Below, in pieces: positions 43,254 to 58,232 of a stretch of DNA of 64,000 nucleotides. The stretch's first letter is position 1. Every line of letters begins with the position of its first letter. The position numbers and the translations under genes were made by a program. Source of the DNA: Eledone cirrhosa (Eukaryota); contig OZ024742.1 in the NCBI GenBank assembly GCA_964016885.1, positions 230,516,001 to 230,580,000 on the forward strand, read 5' to 3'. The notes under the pieces are model-generated. The model searched no databases. It saw nothing but the letters and a program-made list of their open reading frames with translations, and was not told the origin of the DNA.

Positions 43254-44875
43254 TGTGTATGTCTGTTATGATTGTAATATCTAGTTTCGTACTTAACGTT
43301 ACCATTAAGCACTCAGAAAACATCAGAAAACATAATTGAACCCCATGGAAAAGAATTCAGTTATATGAAATAATGGAAAAATCTAAAAGTTTGTTTTCAG
43401 AAAATCCAAACATGAATTACGAAAGAAAGGAAAAGAAAATATTACAAAGAATTATTATATGTAATAAATAAGTAAAAATCTGCAAACATATTTGAGGTTG
43501 TTGATGATTTTTATTGCTTATTGTCTGATATAATGATAATTTTAGATGGAGTTTACTGAAAACTTTTAGAGACAGTCACATAACTACTTTGTGTATGTCT
43601 CTCTATATTTCATTGTTTTTCGCCGTTGGGTGGCGCTGTAGGTGTGGTGTTGGTAGTCATGATTGCAGTTGTTGTTCTTGCTTAGCTACAGTGTGTATGG
43701 TATTTACGATGCAGTTTGTGTTTCTGGTGGTTGTTGGTTTGAATACTGTAGTGGTGGTGGTGATTCATGTGAGAGATGATGGCAGTGCTGGCAATGTTGA
43801 GTATGATGGTGCTGCTGGTGGCTGGTATAGGGGTCTTGTAAGCCCTGGAAATTGTAGAGGTTGGTTTGTTAATGGTTGTGTGGGGTGGTGGTGGTTGATG
43901 TAGAAGTTAGGGTTCTTTTGGTCACAGTGGTGGTTTTGTGATTGTTATAGAGGTTGCTGTGGTAGTTCTGCTCGTGAAAATGGAAATAATGTAGTGCACT
44001 AATGAGAATTTTTCTCAAGATGAATGCGATCACTGTTTATGTTTATTTACGAAAACAAAATTACACATTTATTTTGGCTAAAAAAATATAAATACAAACT
44101 TAGCAATCAGGAATTTCAAATAGAAAATAGCTATTCGTATTTTACATTATTGATTGTAATGCGGTGTATTTGAATATCACTACAGCGGCGGATTATATGT
44201 TTTGCGGTATTAGTGCCAGCTTTATCCAGATGAATACCTGAAGTATCAGCCAAAGCAGCGGTTTTACAGAATTGGAATTGTGATATTTATGGTATCTGTC
44301 CGGCTCTATGTGTTTTAAGTTCAAGTCTGCATTTTATTATTAATTTTGTGATATGATTTGATATCTAAATAACCACAGTCTTAGGCGGTAATTTGATGTA
44401 ATTCTTAGGTTGTTGTAGCTAATAATGCTTTCATTATGTCTTTTATTTTACAATGTATGATATGTTCTATGTATACTGTAGGGTGTGAATGTATTTATTT
44501 TCGTTTCATATAAAATATTACAGGGGAATAAGTCTTATTCATTGCCTGAACTGAAAGCTGAGATCTTTGCTTAGCCGTCTGAGTGAACGCCTAGCGTCTC
44601 TCTTAGTAGCTCGTAGCCATTATTGCTTGAAGTGGTGAGCTGTTCCTACTTAAAAATATATTGCAGGTATATCATCGATGTTCAGGCAACTGATAGTTTG
44701 GCAGCTTGTTTGTGTGTGTACATTTGAATTTGCACTGACCCCACCTATCGACTAGTTAATTCATGATAAGTGATTTGCTCATGGAGTTAAATTTAGTTTT
44801 AAATATGTTCACCTTCGTATTCACAATGATGATGGGTAGTGGGAATATTTATGACTTCATATGTTTCTATGAATT

Positions 44876-45063
44876 GGTGGATTGGCAGTATCGGTAGAGG
44901 GTCGTACGCTATCCTTTGCAGCAAAGAGTTACGGCCTTTTATGGTCTGAGTTCAAATCCCAGTGAGGTTAACTTTGCTTTTCATCCTTACGGGGGTCGAT
45001 AAAATAAAGTACCAGTAATACACTGGAATAATTGCTGGCCTTGTGCCAAATGTAGAAACAATT
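44876..45063 (+). mobile_element. tRNA-derived SINE
   Basis: Full length. Confidence 0.9.
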
Positions 45064-45828
45064 ATCTTGTCCGGTGAAGTGTCTTGAACCATCCTTAGTT
45101 CAAGACAAAGGATGGTGGAAAATGAGTGGTACACATCTATTTAAATCTACGGGATGCGAACGACTTATCTTTGGACTGTTATTCTGAAACTCATGAGTCA
45201 ACATCATCATTCAAGCAATAATATTCTTTTTACAATATTTCAATTATTCACAAATGCTTCCAGCATAAACATTTTTTCCCTATAAAAGCTTGTGGTGGAT
45301 ATTATCAATGACGAGACATTGCCTTCGCTATAATTATAATATCCATTAAAGATGCATGAATGTACTGCTGTGAATACTGTTGGACGATGTTTTAATTAAA
45401 TACATGCATTCTAACTACTTTATTAATAACTATGCATTACTAGTGGATTAAGAGATGTGCGAAAACACTTTAAATCCTACTATATAATGAGATAGCATTA
45501 GCGATACCTTTTACATCCAGAATCACGCATGGAATATGATTTACAAAAACTTAATTACATAATTTAGAACTACTTATGAATATATGAACATAGGCATGGC
45601 TGACTGGTTAAAAGGTTTGCTTTCACAATCATGAGCCAGCTGCTTTCTACCAAAACAACAATAATCAACCAGCACTGCAATTAGCAACGATGTCACTATT
45701 CAGAGACTTTCTGACGGGCCACTCAGACAACAGATTGTGTATTTTACTCTAGTCCGTTAGCAATCATCCTACGCTCAAACGCATTTCACTTTCTTTTCAT
45801 TTGAGAGCTAATATGTCTAGGACGGAGT

Positions 45829-46120
45829 ATGACTGAGTGGTAAAAAAGTTCGTATCTCAGTCATGAGATTTTATATTCGACCCCACTGCGTGGTGTCTTG
45901 GAGAAGTGTTTTTGACATTGCCTCTCGTAGATCTACACCGTTTGAATGGAATTGGAGAAACAGAAATTGCAGGGAGGCTCAGCGGATACATATTACTTGT
46001 AAACCAAATATTCTGATTTGTCACGTGGTGTATCACGCTGACTCAACCACTTACACGTTAATTCGGGAACTGAATGATATGTTGATTGAACAACTGAATG
46101 TTCATTGACGAAACCGATGG
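45829..46120 (+). mobile_element. Degenerate older tRNA/CORE-type SINE remnants
   Basis: A box tgactgagtggtaa, ttcgaccccactgcgtggtgtcttggagaagtg; weakly similar pieces at 49380-49560 and 54675-54765. Confidence 0.5.
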
Positions 46121-46394
46121 TGGATCTGTTATCTCATCGCAGATTACATTATCAAATGTACTGTTCCTTTTTCAAGACATGTAATTTGAGGTCTATGTGG
46201 TTGGTAATCCTAGCAGAATAACTGTAAAACGCTCCCCTTTTCGCCCATAGAATGTAGAGTTTAAACAATAGGATCCATTATGAAGTTGGGATAATTAGAA
46301 CGAAGCTCAAATTTTATTGTTGCATACAAATGATAAAGATAGAGTAGGAAGGGTGGTATTAGGTGTAGAAAGATGTATTTTTCGATTATGTATG

Positions 46395-46537
<143 letters not shown>

Positions 46538-47376
46538 CTGTAGTTATCATATACATAAGTTTTATATTAGACATTTCACCACTTTCATTTTCCTTTTGTT
46601 TCTATTATTAAGTCAGGTAAGAAACGGCAGTTCATCTACTCCTTTCAGGTGGGTTCTTGCTCTAACATAAAGATGAATGAAACAATTCCCAGACCGAATA
46701 CCTGTGATTCTATAGTGGACTCTGATAAAGGAACCCAAAGAGCCATGTTGTGGTGTTAATTATATCATATAATAATTACATTTTAATGGGTTTGCATTAT
46801 GTGAAATGTTTAAAGCCATAACTATTTACACTTTCTTTACACTTTCTTTTAAAGTCTATTTATATTATTATTACTTAATTAAGGAAGATTTTAAATATAT
46901 GTACGATATCAATGCGTGGACTTCCTTGTAAAGCCAGTGTTACCAGCTGCACAAATGTGTAAGAAATGTGAAAGGTGTTTTAGCTGTTATTAAATTACGT
47001 TTTAAATAATTCTCTATGGAAATCTAGTTTAAGGAAGAGCTGTAGCTATTATAAGTTTCACAATCCATATGTAAGAAATCCTTAAGATGTAAATTTGCGT
47101 AAATAATGGTCAAAATCCTCACCCTTTTTTTAATGTATAAGCAACTACATGAATGGATGTTTAGTAGATTTGTTAGATAAATTTAATCATTTAATCAGTT
47201 ATTCATTGACAACTATAAATAAGCACGCATTTTAACCGAGATAGCAAAAAATTCGAAATAGTTATTACGATAGATATATTTTAGACACAATTTCTTCAGT
47301 TGTGAAAAACCAACATTATACATGCATTCGAATATGTATTATAGATTGGGGGCCCTATTTGATTATTATTATTACT

Positions 47377-47792
47377 AGGGCGGTGGATTGGCAGTATCGG
47401 TAGAGCGTCGGACGCCATGCTTTGCAGTATAGAGTTACGGCCCTTTATGATGTGAGGTCGAATCCCACCGAGGTTAACTTTGCCGTTCATCCTTACGGGG
47501 TCGATAAAATAAAGTACCAGTCACGCATTGGGGTCGATTGAATCGACTTTCCCCTACCCCAAAATTGCTGGCCTTGTGCCTATATAAGAAACCATTATTA
47601 CTAGGGCGGTGAATTGGCAGTTTCGGTACAGGGTTGGACGCCATGCTTTCTAGCATAGTAACGTCCCATTACGGTCTGAGTTCAAATCCCATCGAGGTTA
47701 ACTTTGCCTATTACCCTTGCGGGTCGATAAAATAAAGTACCAGTAATGTACTGGGTAATTGCTGGCCTTGTGCTAAAAGTAGAAACAGTTAT
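47377..47792 (+). mobile_element. Head-to-tail SINE dimer (long plus short variant)
   Basis: Both copies begin attattactagggcggtg. Confidence 0.9.
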
Positions 47793-50700
47793 TACTAATG
47801 TTGTAATTGCTTGCCGCAAAGTTTAACGTATAAATTCTAGCATTACAACATATATTATTTTTTATCCATTAAACGTTATCATTTTCGTTATATACATTTG
47901 TTTTCGTAGAAACTAGAATCGGTTTGTGTTTCTGGGAACAGGATTCAAAAATACGTCTAGTAGAATGATTAAATCTCTTCAATTTCTACATTTCGATTCA
48001 AATATATCATAATTTGCTATTGATCTTACTGAAGAATTATATAGCATTAGCATTTCTGTGGTTTGAAACAGAAGTGAATATTTTCATTAGGGATAACCTT
48101 GTTATTCTTCACTCCACGGCCAGCTTTGAACAAACAAATCATGTTTTTTTCTGGGAATGTGTATTAGGTATAGTTTCTCTAATACTATATTTTCTAATGT
48201 ATCCTACTTAAATGACATATTAGTGTGTGATGTGTCGGAGATTTCGTTCTTTATTCTAAGAAGTCGAATGATCGTCTGTAGGACTAGTCGATGGTTATTA
48301 ATGGTGAGGAATAGCAAAAGGAGTACACGTAATGTCGAGTTCAGTTGAAACGCCTTACCAAATTAAAGTAAATATTTTAGTAATCGTTTCACTTTTAGAG
48401 ATGGGTCATCCATTTTAGTTTGTTTCTATGCAAACTCGTTCTCTGTTTAACGTATATTGTTATATTATTAAACATGTTACTTGCCATACCTAGTGATAAA
48501 TTTAACAGGATCGATCTCACTAGAATAAACATTAAGTAGTAAACATTGTGGTATATCGATGATTCACTGGAGAACATGAATGCCTTTAATGAAAGTAAGC
48601 TTAGATTTGAAAGAACAGTATTAAACAAAAAGAACAGAGTGATACCATACAGTCAGATAAATGGATTTTAGTATAGATAAGGCAAAACAAAAACAATCTT
48701 TAGATGTTACTAATATTGCTTCAAGAAGAATGAGGTTACTTAAGTGATCAGGTAAAAGGCTGATGTTGTTTGTTTAAATATGTAGCCGTATTTGGTGAGA
48801 GTAATTTATTTGCCTTACTATATATTCCTACACACAAATCATTTAAGACTGAGAGATATTTTATTTTCTATAAAACACTAGTAATCAGATGAGATATTGT
48901 TTTTATCTATATTTAACTCACACACTGAGAGTGTTGTTACAACAGTGTTCGTGAATTATTCTACAATTGAATTATTTAGTGGCTAAAAAGGGATGGATGG
49001 TTTGATCGAATCGTTAGAGCATCGGACGGACAAAATACTTGTGGTCTTTAGTTACGGCGATTTACAGTTTGTCGTTACAGTGTCGATAAAATAAAATAGT
49101 GGGCAAGTATGTGTGCCTATTTTATCACGTGTACACATGCCACTCACAATTGGGCCCAAAATTGTGGCCAAATTGGAAGCCATTGTTTGGTGTGGCAAAA
49201 GAAAACAGGAGTCGACAAAGTCGTTAACGCGTCCAGGTAAAATTTCTTGCAGTATTTGTTTCGGTCTATTATCATCTGATTTCAAATCCCACCCTTTCGG
49301 GATTGATGCAATGAAGCACCTTTCACGTAGTGATGTCGATATAATCGATCCCCGCCCCGGAAAATGTGCATCAGTACTTTATTTCATGTTGTCACAGTTC
49401 GCTTAACTGGAAATATGAGCTGTACCTTTAACTTAAAGGACTGGCTTTGACATACACTGAGTTTATGACCTGCTCAGCAGCCGCGTGACCATTAATTTCA
49501 CGATCAAGTTTATGTTCCATTGATTAAATAACTGGGACGCTCATCATCGTAACCGTTATAACCACATAATGGTTAGAGCATTTTGAGTGTAGTATATTTT
49601 AATATTGAAGATAAAAATTAACAATTTCCAGTTGGTTTGCATTGCAGCACATGGAATTGTCTATCTGTAAATACCATGAGGACTTTGTAATAAATGTTTG
49701 GTCATGATGATAATGATAATGATGATGATGAATCTTCAAGTATGTTGTTTGACGATAAGAACGCACGCATGTCTGTAAATTTCCTAGAAGGCTGCTTTAT
49801 CTATTTCTAAAGTCAACCATCTTTGTTCATGTGTATTCTCTGTTCAACCTTCTAGCCAATGTAGCTTCCTTCTATTTCCCCTGTTTGAATATCCCAAGTT
49901 ACAGTTTATTGTTTTAGTTTCTTTTAAAATTCTATTTAAATCAGTTTACATCTTAGCAGAAATTAGTTTTTCTTTGTAATCTAATTTTCTCAAGGAACTG
50001 CTTTTATTTGAAAATCGATTAAAACGTTAACCCCGAGGGAGGTAATCCCAAGATGGCGCCTTTCATTAGAAATCTGAGAAAATGTGTTTGATCACTTTTT
50101 GTTTATTTGCTTTTTGTTCTTATATATTTTACATGAAGTTGATTAAAGAGTTCGCAACAACTGATGCAATTTTTAAACTTTATTCTAAATCACATCGATA
50201 ACTTTATAATATAAATGTTATTCACTTTTCAAATATAACCTTTTGTTACTTTCATATCACATTGAGCTTTCATTGTGTGTGTCTTCATTCATATATTTCC
50301 TTTTATAAACTGTCAATATGTCAAAGGCAGAAATATAAAAGTTGTTATTTTATAACGAACGGCATTCGAGAAATGAAAGATTCCGATATATTAAGACTCC
50401 AACATGAATTTCTCTGCTATATAACTTGACTATTTTTCACACTTCGCACATTTATAGCAGCAATTGTTCAGTGATTCTTCCATCATTGTTTGATACACTG
50501 CTTTTTTTAATTTCTTTTGTAGTTTTATTATCTATCTATTTATATTTATTTTATTATCTTTATCTCTTACTCTCTCTTTTTCTCACTCTCTTTCTCCGTA
50601 TGGATGTATATATATATATATATTTCGTTTCTGAATTTTTTTAGAAAGATTCTTTATCTGAAAACGTGTGTTGAAACCGATATTGTTATGCTTTGGAAGG

Positions 50701-51034
50701 GTCATGTTGCCAATAAGAAACACACGCACCAGTTGTTTCACTTCAATTTATTATAAATTAAATTTATAAATTTAGGAATTTATAAATTTCCGGTTGGCTG
50801 GTTGGTTCCACAACCAGACGATTGTTCATATATTGTTAAAGTTCTTTCGTCACACATTCTGTGACCTCTTAAGTTACTGGGATTATTTTCTTTACCTTTG
50901 TGCCTCTCCTTTGTTATGTCCTACGCCATCTTGTTTTTGTCGTGTGCTTAGTTTGCGCATGTGTTACATCCTGTGTGTGTTTATATTTGTTTATTTATTT
51001 GTTTATTTACATGTTACCCGTTGGTTGTTCTATG

Positions 51035-52600
51035 GGATTGATACCAGTGAGCTGGGACTCCTACTTAAACTTACCTATAGTAATGATTATCTAGATACAT
51101 ATGGCCTTAGCAACCTGTGCCCTACAAGACCAGCAAGAGGCAGACCACCTACCATTACCTCAATGGTCAAGAAAACCCACACAGATAGATGGAACGGGTG
51201 GACCAGAGCCATACGGACCCCCGAAAACCACCATGAACTAAAGAAAAGGATTGCACATGCGGTGGGGGCCAGTATAAAATTAACCCTTAAGGAACATATG
51301 TTCAAATTTAATGGAAAAACATATGCCCAAGAGGAGGGAGCAACCATTGGTGTTAGCATTGCAGGTGACATAGCTAACCTATTCATGGTATGGTGGGACA
51401 ATAGACTTAAACTTAAACTTAAAGAACAATTAGAAGACAGCAACCTCTTAACCCTGATAATGTACTCCCGCGACGTTGATGATATAAACATCGTAGTAAA
51501 AACATCCCCACTAGAAAACAGTCAGGAATTAGAGAAAAACACCATGGAAAGCATCCAGCAAATAGCTAACTCCATCCACCAGAGTATTAGAGTTACTATA
51601 GACTATCCAAGCAAACACCCCAACCATCGATTACCTCTACTAGACAGAGCTCTGGTTAGAAACCATTAATAACAAAAAACAAATCCTCCATTCCCATTAT
51701 GCCAAACCCATGACTTCCAAATATCTGATCCACCGAAACTCAGCTGTTTCGGACCATACCAAAATCAACATACTGATTGCGGATTTGGTACGGGTGATGA
51801 GAAACGTGTCGCGCATGTGCAACCCCAAATAACTAGAGAGACACATACAACACTTCATCCACCGTATGCAGTTTTCTGGTTACAATCAGAGAGATAAAAT
51901 CAGAGTAGATAGAGGAGCCAGAACCAAATGGGAAAAAAGGGTAAATAATGATACAAATAGGACCTGCCCCTTGTATAGGAGCAAATTTTGGAATAGAATA
52001 GAAAGAACTAGGAATAAGGTTAATAGAATAAACTCATGGTATGATAGCAATAAATACCAGAGTGTAACGCCCATCGATACAACCCCTAGAGGTGAATTAA
52101 CTTACACATTTAGAAGGGCCCTAGATAAACATAAACTCAATATTAAGATAGTAGAAAGACCAGGTACCTCCATAAAAACACTTATTAGCAATACATAGCA
52201 TTTTCAAAGACCTCCCTGTTTAGATAAGAAATGTATAATCTGTAAACTACGCCCCGATATTAATTGTAAAACTAGAAATGTAGTATATAGCATAAGATGT
52301 ACTGAAGGACAATGTAGAGATAAGAATATAGTGTACATAGGTGAGACTGCTCGTAGTATAGGGGAACGGATAAATGAACACTAGCGAAAGCTTCAAGATA
52401 GTAAAGAATCATTTGTACTTTACCAACATGCTAAAATAGAACATAAGGGTAAATTAGAGAACATAGAAATAAAAATAGAATCTACACACAGAAAAGACGC
52501 AATGTTTAGACAAATCACAGAGGCAATAAACATAAATGAACTCCAACCAAAATTAAATAGAAAACATGAATGGAACAGCAGCATCACAACTTACAATTAA
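51035..52600 (+). pseudogene. Disrupted PLE ORF: reverse transcriptase, Cys-rich linker, GIY-YIG endonuclease
   Basis: FNGKTYAQEEGATIGVSIAGDIANLFM, YSRDVDD, LPLLD, HYAKP, MQFSGY, CLDKKCIICK, NVVYSIRC..VYIGETARSIGERINEH, RQITEA..PKLNRKHEW; frameshift near 51650 and TAA/TAG stops. Confidence 0.92.
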
Positions 52601-52805
52601 GGATAAAATGAAAACCCAGACACACATAGAACAAACAACCAACCAGTAACATGTGAATAAACAAATAAATAAACAAATAAATAAATAAATATAAACACAC
52701 ACAGACACCCGGATGTAACACATGCGCAAACTAAGCACACAACAAAAACAAGATGGCGTAGGACAGAACAAAGGAGAGGCACAAAAGCAAAGAAAAGAAT
52801 CCCCA

Positions 52806-52848
52806 ATCACTGAAGAGATCACAGAATGTGTGACGAAAGAACTTTGAC
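52806..52848 (+). ncRNA. Minimal type I hammerhead in the PLE 3' pseudo-LTR
   Basis: atca CTGAAGA gatcaca-gaatg-tgtgac GAAA gaac T T tgac; sense to the ORF. Confidence 0.7.
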
Positions 52849-53027
52849 AATATATGAACAATCGTCTGGTTGTGGAACCAACCAACCAACCGGAAATTTA
52901 TAAATTCTTAAATTTATAAATTTAATTTATAATAAATTAAATTTATGAATTTAATTTATAATAAATTGAAGTGAAAGCAACTGGTGCGTGTGTTTCCTAT
53001 TGGCAATATGACCCTCCCAAAGCATAA

Positions 53028-53322
<295 letters not shown>

Positions 53323-54109
53323 AATAGAGTGAAACGCACCTCCATCGGTTTCAAAATATGTTTTACAGTTGTTCAATTTTACGGAATACCCTGGCTCGGG
53401 AAAATAACATAGATGTCGCTGAGCATTTCACAAATACGCTTACTTCTAACATAATTCTTCGGAATAATCAACGGGGCACACCCTCTGATAAGGGTGGCAC
53501 TTTCGATGAATGATACAGTGTGTCATATGGGCTACCAATCATTTTCCGTCTACCCAATTCCGCTCCTAAGGCTTATATTCACACAATGTTATGGAACATG
53601 ACATGTTCAAGATATCCCAGAGTGATATAAAACATAAATACAACGCGAACAACGGCACATATGGTGTGGAGACTCTTCATTGAAATTTAAATGAATACTA
53701 TCAGTAAAAGTAAGGCCACATCTAGCGTTTAATAACTGTTTAATAACTGGATATTCTTCTAATCTCATTCATTGAAGACACGTTTTATTCAAATTCGTAG
53801 GATATCCCTTTCAAAATTGGCATCACCAAAATAAAGAAAACAGATTTTCTACAATCAATAAGGCTGGACACTGCCATTAACAACAATTCGGAATAATAGA
53901 AGATAGACAATAACAAGGAAGCAAACATGCTTACATATAGTTGCAGACATTAGTGCGTGATTATGGCGTTTGCTATGAAACCACGTTGCTATTGGTTCGA
54001 TTCAGTTGTGAAGCAATTTCAGTAAGTGCATTTTCATTGTAGCCCTGTATTGAATAATGCTTTGAAGGTGGAATTTGAAAAATTAACACTGCCGAACGCC
54101 GTTAAAATT

Positions 54110-54385
54110 ATTGTTGTTGATGATGTTTCTGAAGATAATTCTTCAATGAAGTTGGAGTTTCTCCTTAACATGATCGTGCATTGCAATATTTTAGTTGATT
54201 TGTTTGGAATAATATTGAAAATAATGCAGCACATGGTTTTCGGCAAAGACATTAGTGTAGCGCTCTTTCTTTTATTCTAGTTCTTTGTGCTTCAGATTGT
54301 TAATATTGAATGGTATCTTCAGATAATGCTTGTTGCCTCCAGTTCTTCCGGTCTTCAGCTACATTCTACGTTCTTGGGCTAAATG
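54110..54385 (-). mobile_element. Degenerate RTE-like 3' end
   Basis: AEDRKNWRQ..RIKERA and a decayed zinc-finger-like end, then a cat/caa tail. Confidence 0.45.
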
Positions 54386-54942
54386 TTGAATTATTGTTAA
54401 ATTATTAAAGGAGTTACTTGGCCAAAGAAGATATAAATCTTTTCATTTACTGTGATCGATTTTACTACAAAAAAACATAAAGTAGAGGAAGGTATTGATA
54501 TATACTGATGTTTTATCGGAAACCTTGTATGGCTTTAATAAAAGTAAGCTGAACGTTGAAAGCACAGTATTAATAAAAAAAGTGATTTATACCGTTAGAG
54601 TCACATAACCTGATTTTAACATCGTTAAATAAAACAAGAAGGTCTTTAGAAGTTACTATTATACACATGACTTGACTGTATGGATAAGAATTTCACTTGG
54701 AAGCTAATTAGTTCTAGGTTCAGTCGCGGTGCGCTGTATCTAGAGCAAGTATTTTCTAATATAGGCACATATTTATATGTGCGTGGTTTTGTATACCTAT
54801 GGTAAGTTTATGCGTATGCTTGTGTATGTACGTATTTGTTTGCGTGTATGTATTTATTTATTTCTATTACTTCTGCATTGTATTTATTTACTTTGTTCTT
54901 AACTCTGTAGCGGAGATTCATTCGGTCTCCTATTTAAAATTT

Positions 54943-55448
54943 TAGTCTACGACTTCTGCTATACCATTTACGTGGTTTTGTCTTTGCGTGCTATTCTTCT
55001 CCACGCTCCTCATATGACGTATTATCTTCGTTTTTTTCGTTCATTGCCAGAGAACGTCTCTATGCACCACCAAAGAGAACATTAGTCTACGACCTCTTTT
55101 ATACCATAAACGTGGTTCTATCTTTGCACGTAATTGTTTTTCACCGCTCCTATTAATGACGTATTATATTCGTTTTTTCCCGTTCTTCGCCAGCGAACGT
55201 TTCCACTAACCAAAGTATCGTCTTCCTGTCTTCTTCCGGTTGCAACGTTTTTTGAAATATCCAGTTCTGCGTTTACAGATTGACTTTGTTAGTTTCAGAA
55301 GATCCCGTTAAGGGTGAAAGCAGCGATTCTTTGCTTAAACTTTAATCTGTTATTTTAATAAATATTAGCTCTACGGTTCTTATATATTTGATATATATTT
55401 ATCCTTATCGAGCCCTCTTTGGATTTTAGTCTTCAAAGTTATTATTAT

Positions 55449-55452
<4 letters not shown>
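54943..55452 (+). mobile_element. Longest copy of the 12368/42081 family, preceded by a diverged ~140-bp direct repeat
   Basis: Repeat units start ttagtctacgac at 54942 and 55082; hammerhead-like CAGAAGA-tccc-gttaa-gggt-GAAA at about 55296-55319. Confidence 0.7.
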
Positions 55453-55524
<72 letters not shown>

Positions 55525-55600
55525 GCATACATATATATATATATATAAGTATATATATATATACATACATATATATATATAAGTATATATATATATATAT

Positions 55601-55631
<31 letters not shown>

Positions 55632-55673
55632 AGTATATATATATATACATACATATATATATATAAGTATATA

Positions 55674-55705
<32 letters not shown>

Positions 55706-55706
55706 A

Positions 55707-55743
<37 letters not shown>

Positions 55744-55760
55744 TATGTATGTATATATAT

Positions 55761-56160
55761 GGTATAGTCCGACCGTATGCCAGTGTGGTTTTTCGCAAGT
55801 TAATAAATTAACAAGCCAGAACATATAAAATCAAGGAAGAGCAAATAAAGAAAAAAATTTTAATACGTTTCAAAAAAATTCACTATATGTGCCTTTACGG
55901 CGGTTTCCGATCACAAAACAAATAAATAATCCAAGCGGATATTCATTGAGAAAGAAGGCTTTTCTCGTAAGAAGGCTTTTCCTCGTCAGAAGGCTTTTCT
56001 CTCTCGGAGAATATGAGATTCCCGAGTTCAAAATACAAACTGGCGCCATACAAAACTGCCCCAACAAATGAATGGTAAAGGCACATATGGTAAGTACAGT
56101 GAATGTTTTGAAATTTATTTCAAAATTTTTCTTTATTTGCTTTCCCTTCAATTTTCATAT
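55761..56160. mobile_element. TA-inserted two-armed element with hammerhead-like motif
   Basis: Diverged inverted arms 55823-55898 and 56075-56160; minus strand gcctt CTGACGA ... GAAA ccgccg T A aaggc (55891-55994). Confidence 0.7.
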
Positions 56161-57119
56161 ATATATATATATATATATATATGACAAGTAAATATGTTTT
56201 GAAACAGTGAGCAGGTTTAAAATTAGAAAATAGAATAGCTTTCACCGTATTTTTTGACTAAAGAAATTTTAGTCTGATAATGGGGTTTAGAACCGTCTGA
56301 TAAATGGAAAAAGATGAGTATTGACGTATATATATATACAAATTTAAACGAGATACAAAACGTCTCTTTCATATAAATAGTTGACTGACAACTAGTATCA
56401 TGTGAATACATATAATGATAAATAATGAATGCACTCGCTCATAGAAAGAATCAAGCTAAAATCGTCTAAAGTTCTCTTATACGGCCGTTGCATAATAAAT
56501 TCCAGAACATGATGCCTATAATCGATAAGGAAGAATGGATGGACAACTAAGGATAGTAATTTAAATATGTTTTCTGTCTGTTCTGTGTTTTGAATTAAGC
56601 AAGTTTTCGTCTTTGGTACGATGAGGCATGTGTACGGCAATGTGTATATGCTTATCAATGAAAGACTGAGCATAAAGTTTCATCGGTTTACAAGAAAAAC
56701 AAAGATTAGTGTTTCCATAAATAGAGATCGCTAAAATAACTATCTCTCTAAAGTAAGTACTGTACTTGTTGTAATCAATTAGAATAATTAAAAGCAATTC
56801 TTGTCACTGAGAGGCTATAGTTTAATAGGCGAAACAGTAAAAAATGTGAACATACATAAATACATTCATATATACGCACACATTATAGACAATATATATG
56901 ATATATTACACTTCATCATAGCAGGATAAATATGTGCCCTCGTGTATGAGTTAATCAATGTGTACTCTAATCAATATTTCCAATAATTAATACGTGCATT
57001 CTATTTAGTATATTTCCTTAATCAATACTTTATCTTTAAAAATATACCTTGTAATTAATGTCTCGTAGTCAATAAGTAGATTAATCAATATGGTTTGAAG
57101 TCAATATTTACTTTAATCA

Positions 57120-57439
57120 ATATGTCCAATCAATATATTACGTAATTAATGTTCCATAATCGATGTTCTCTAATCGATATCGCTTTTTTAAGATATGTCC
57201 TCCAATCACTCTATTCAGTGTTCTCTCTATATATGGTCCTATATGTGTGTATATATGTACGTGTTTGAATGCTGTATCTAATGATCTTCTAGCAGAGACT
57301 GTTGTACTGGACTACTCAGATATTGGATAATTAAACTTATATTTATTATAACATTATAACAAATGTGGTATATATACTAGAATAATAATACCGTTCAATG
57401 AAAAAATGTATATAATATAGTAATATAGATGTGTGTGTG

Positions 57440-57485
<46 letters not shown>

Positions 57486-57765
57486 GAAAAATTGAACAGG
57501 GACAGAACAGAGAGGCAGTACGATAAATGTTTATTAAATTCACGCTCAGGAGAGTGGGGGGGTAGCTGAGTAGTCCAGTACAACAGTCTCTGCTAGAAGA
57601 TCATTAGATACAGCATTCAAACACGTACATATATACACACATATAGGACCATATATAGAGAGAACACTGAATAGAGTGATTGGAGGACATATCTTAAAAA
57701 AGCGATATCGATTAGAGAACATCGATTATGGAACATTAATTACGTAATATATTGATTGGACATAT
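57120..57765. repeat. Perfect 200-bp inverted duplication with 246-bp spacer
   Basis: 57120-57319 is the reverse complement of 57566-57765; no mismatch seen. Confidence 0.92.
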
Positions 57766-57797
57766 ATATATATATATGTATATATAATATAGCAATA

Positions 57798-57831
<34 letters not shown>

Positions 57832-57874
57832 CATACATATATATATATATATATATACATATATATATAATATA

Positions 57875-58001
<127 letters not shown>

Positions 58002-58006
58002 CAATA

Positions 58007-58050
<44 letters not shown>

Positions 58051-58055
58051 CAATA

Positions 58056-58099
<44 letters not shown>

Positions 58100-58104
58100 C
58101 AATA

Positions 58105-58150
<46 letters not shown>

Positions 58151-58165
58151 CAATATATATGTGTG

Positions 58166-58226
<61 letters not shown>

Positions 58227-58232
<6 letters not shown>

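Noticed and set aside
50658-50678. Second, antisense hammerhead (ctgaaaacgtgtgttgaaac) in the pLTR extension
   Set aside because: G8 is missing and there is no convincing stem I; the better motif is at 52806-52848.
51035-52600. Selenocysteine read-through or intact PLE protein
   Set aside because: The interruptions are TAA/TAG and a frameshift, not TGA; YVDD appears as DVDD; the element is 5'-truncated.
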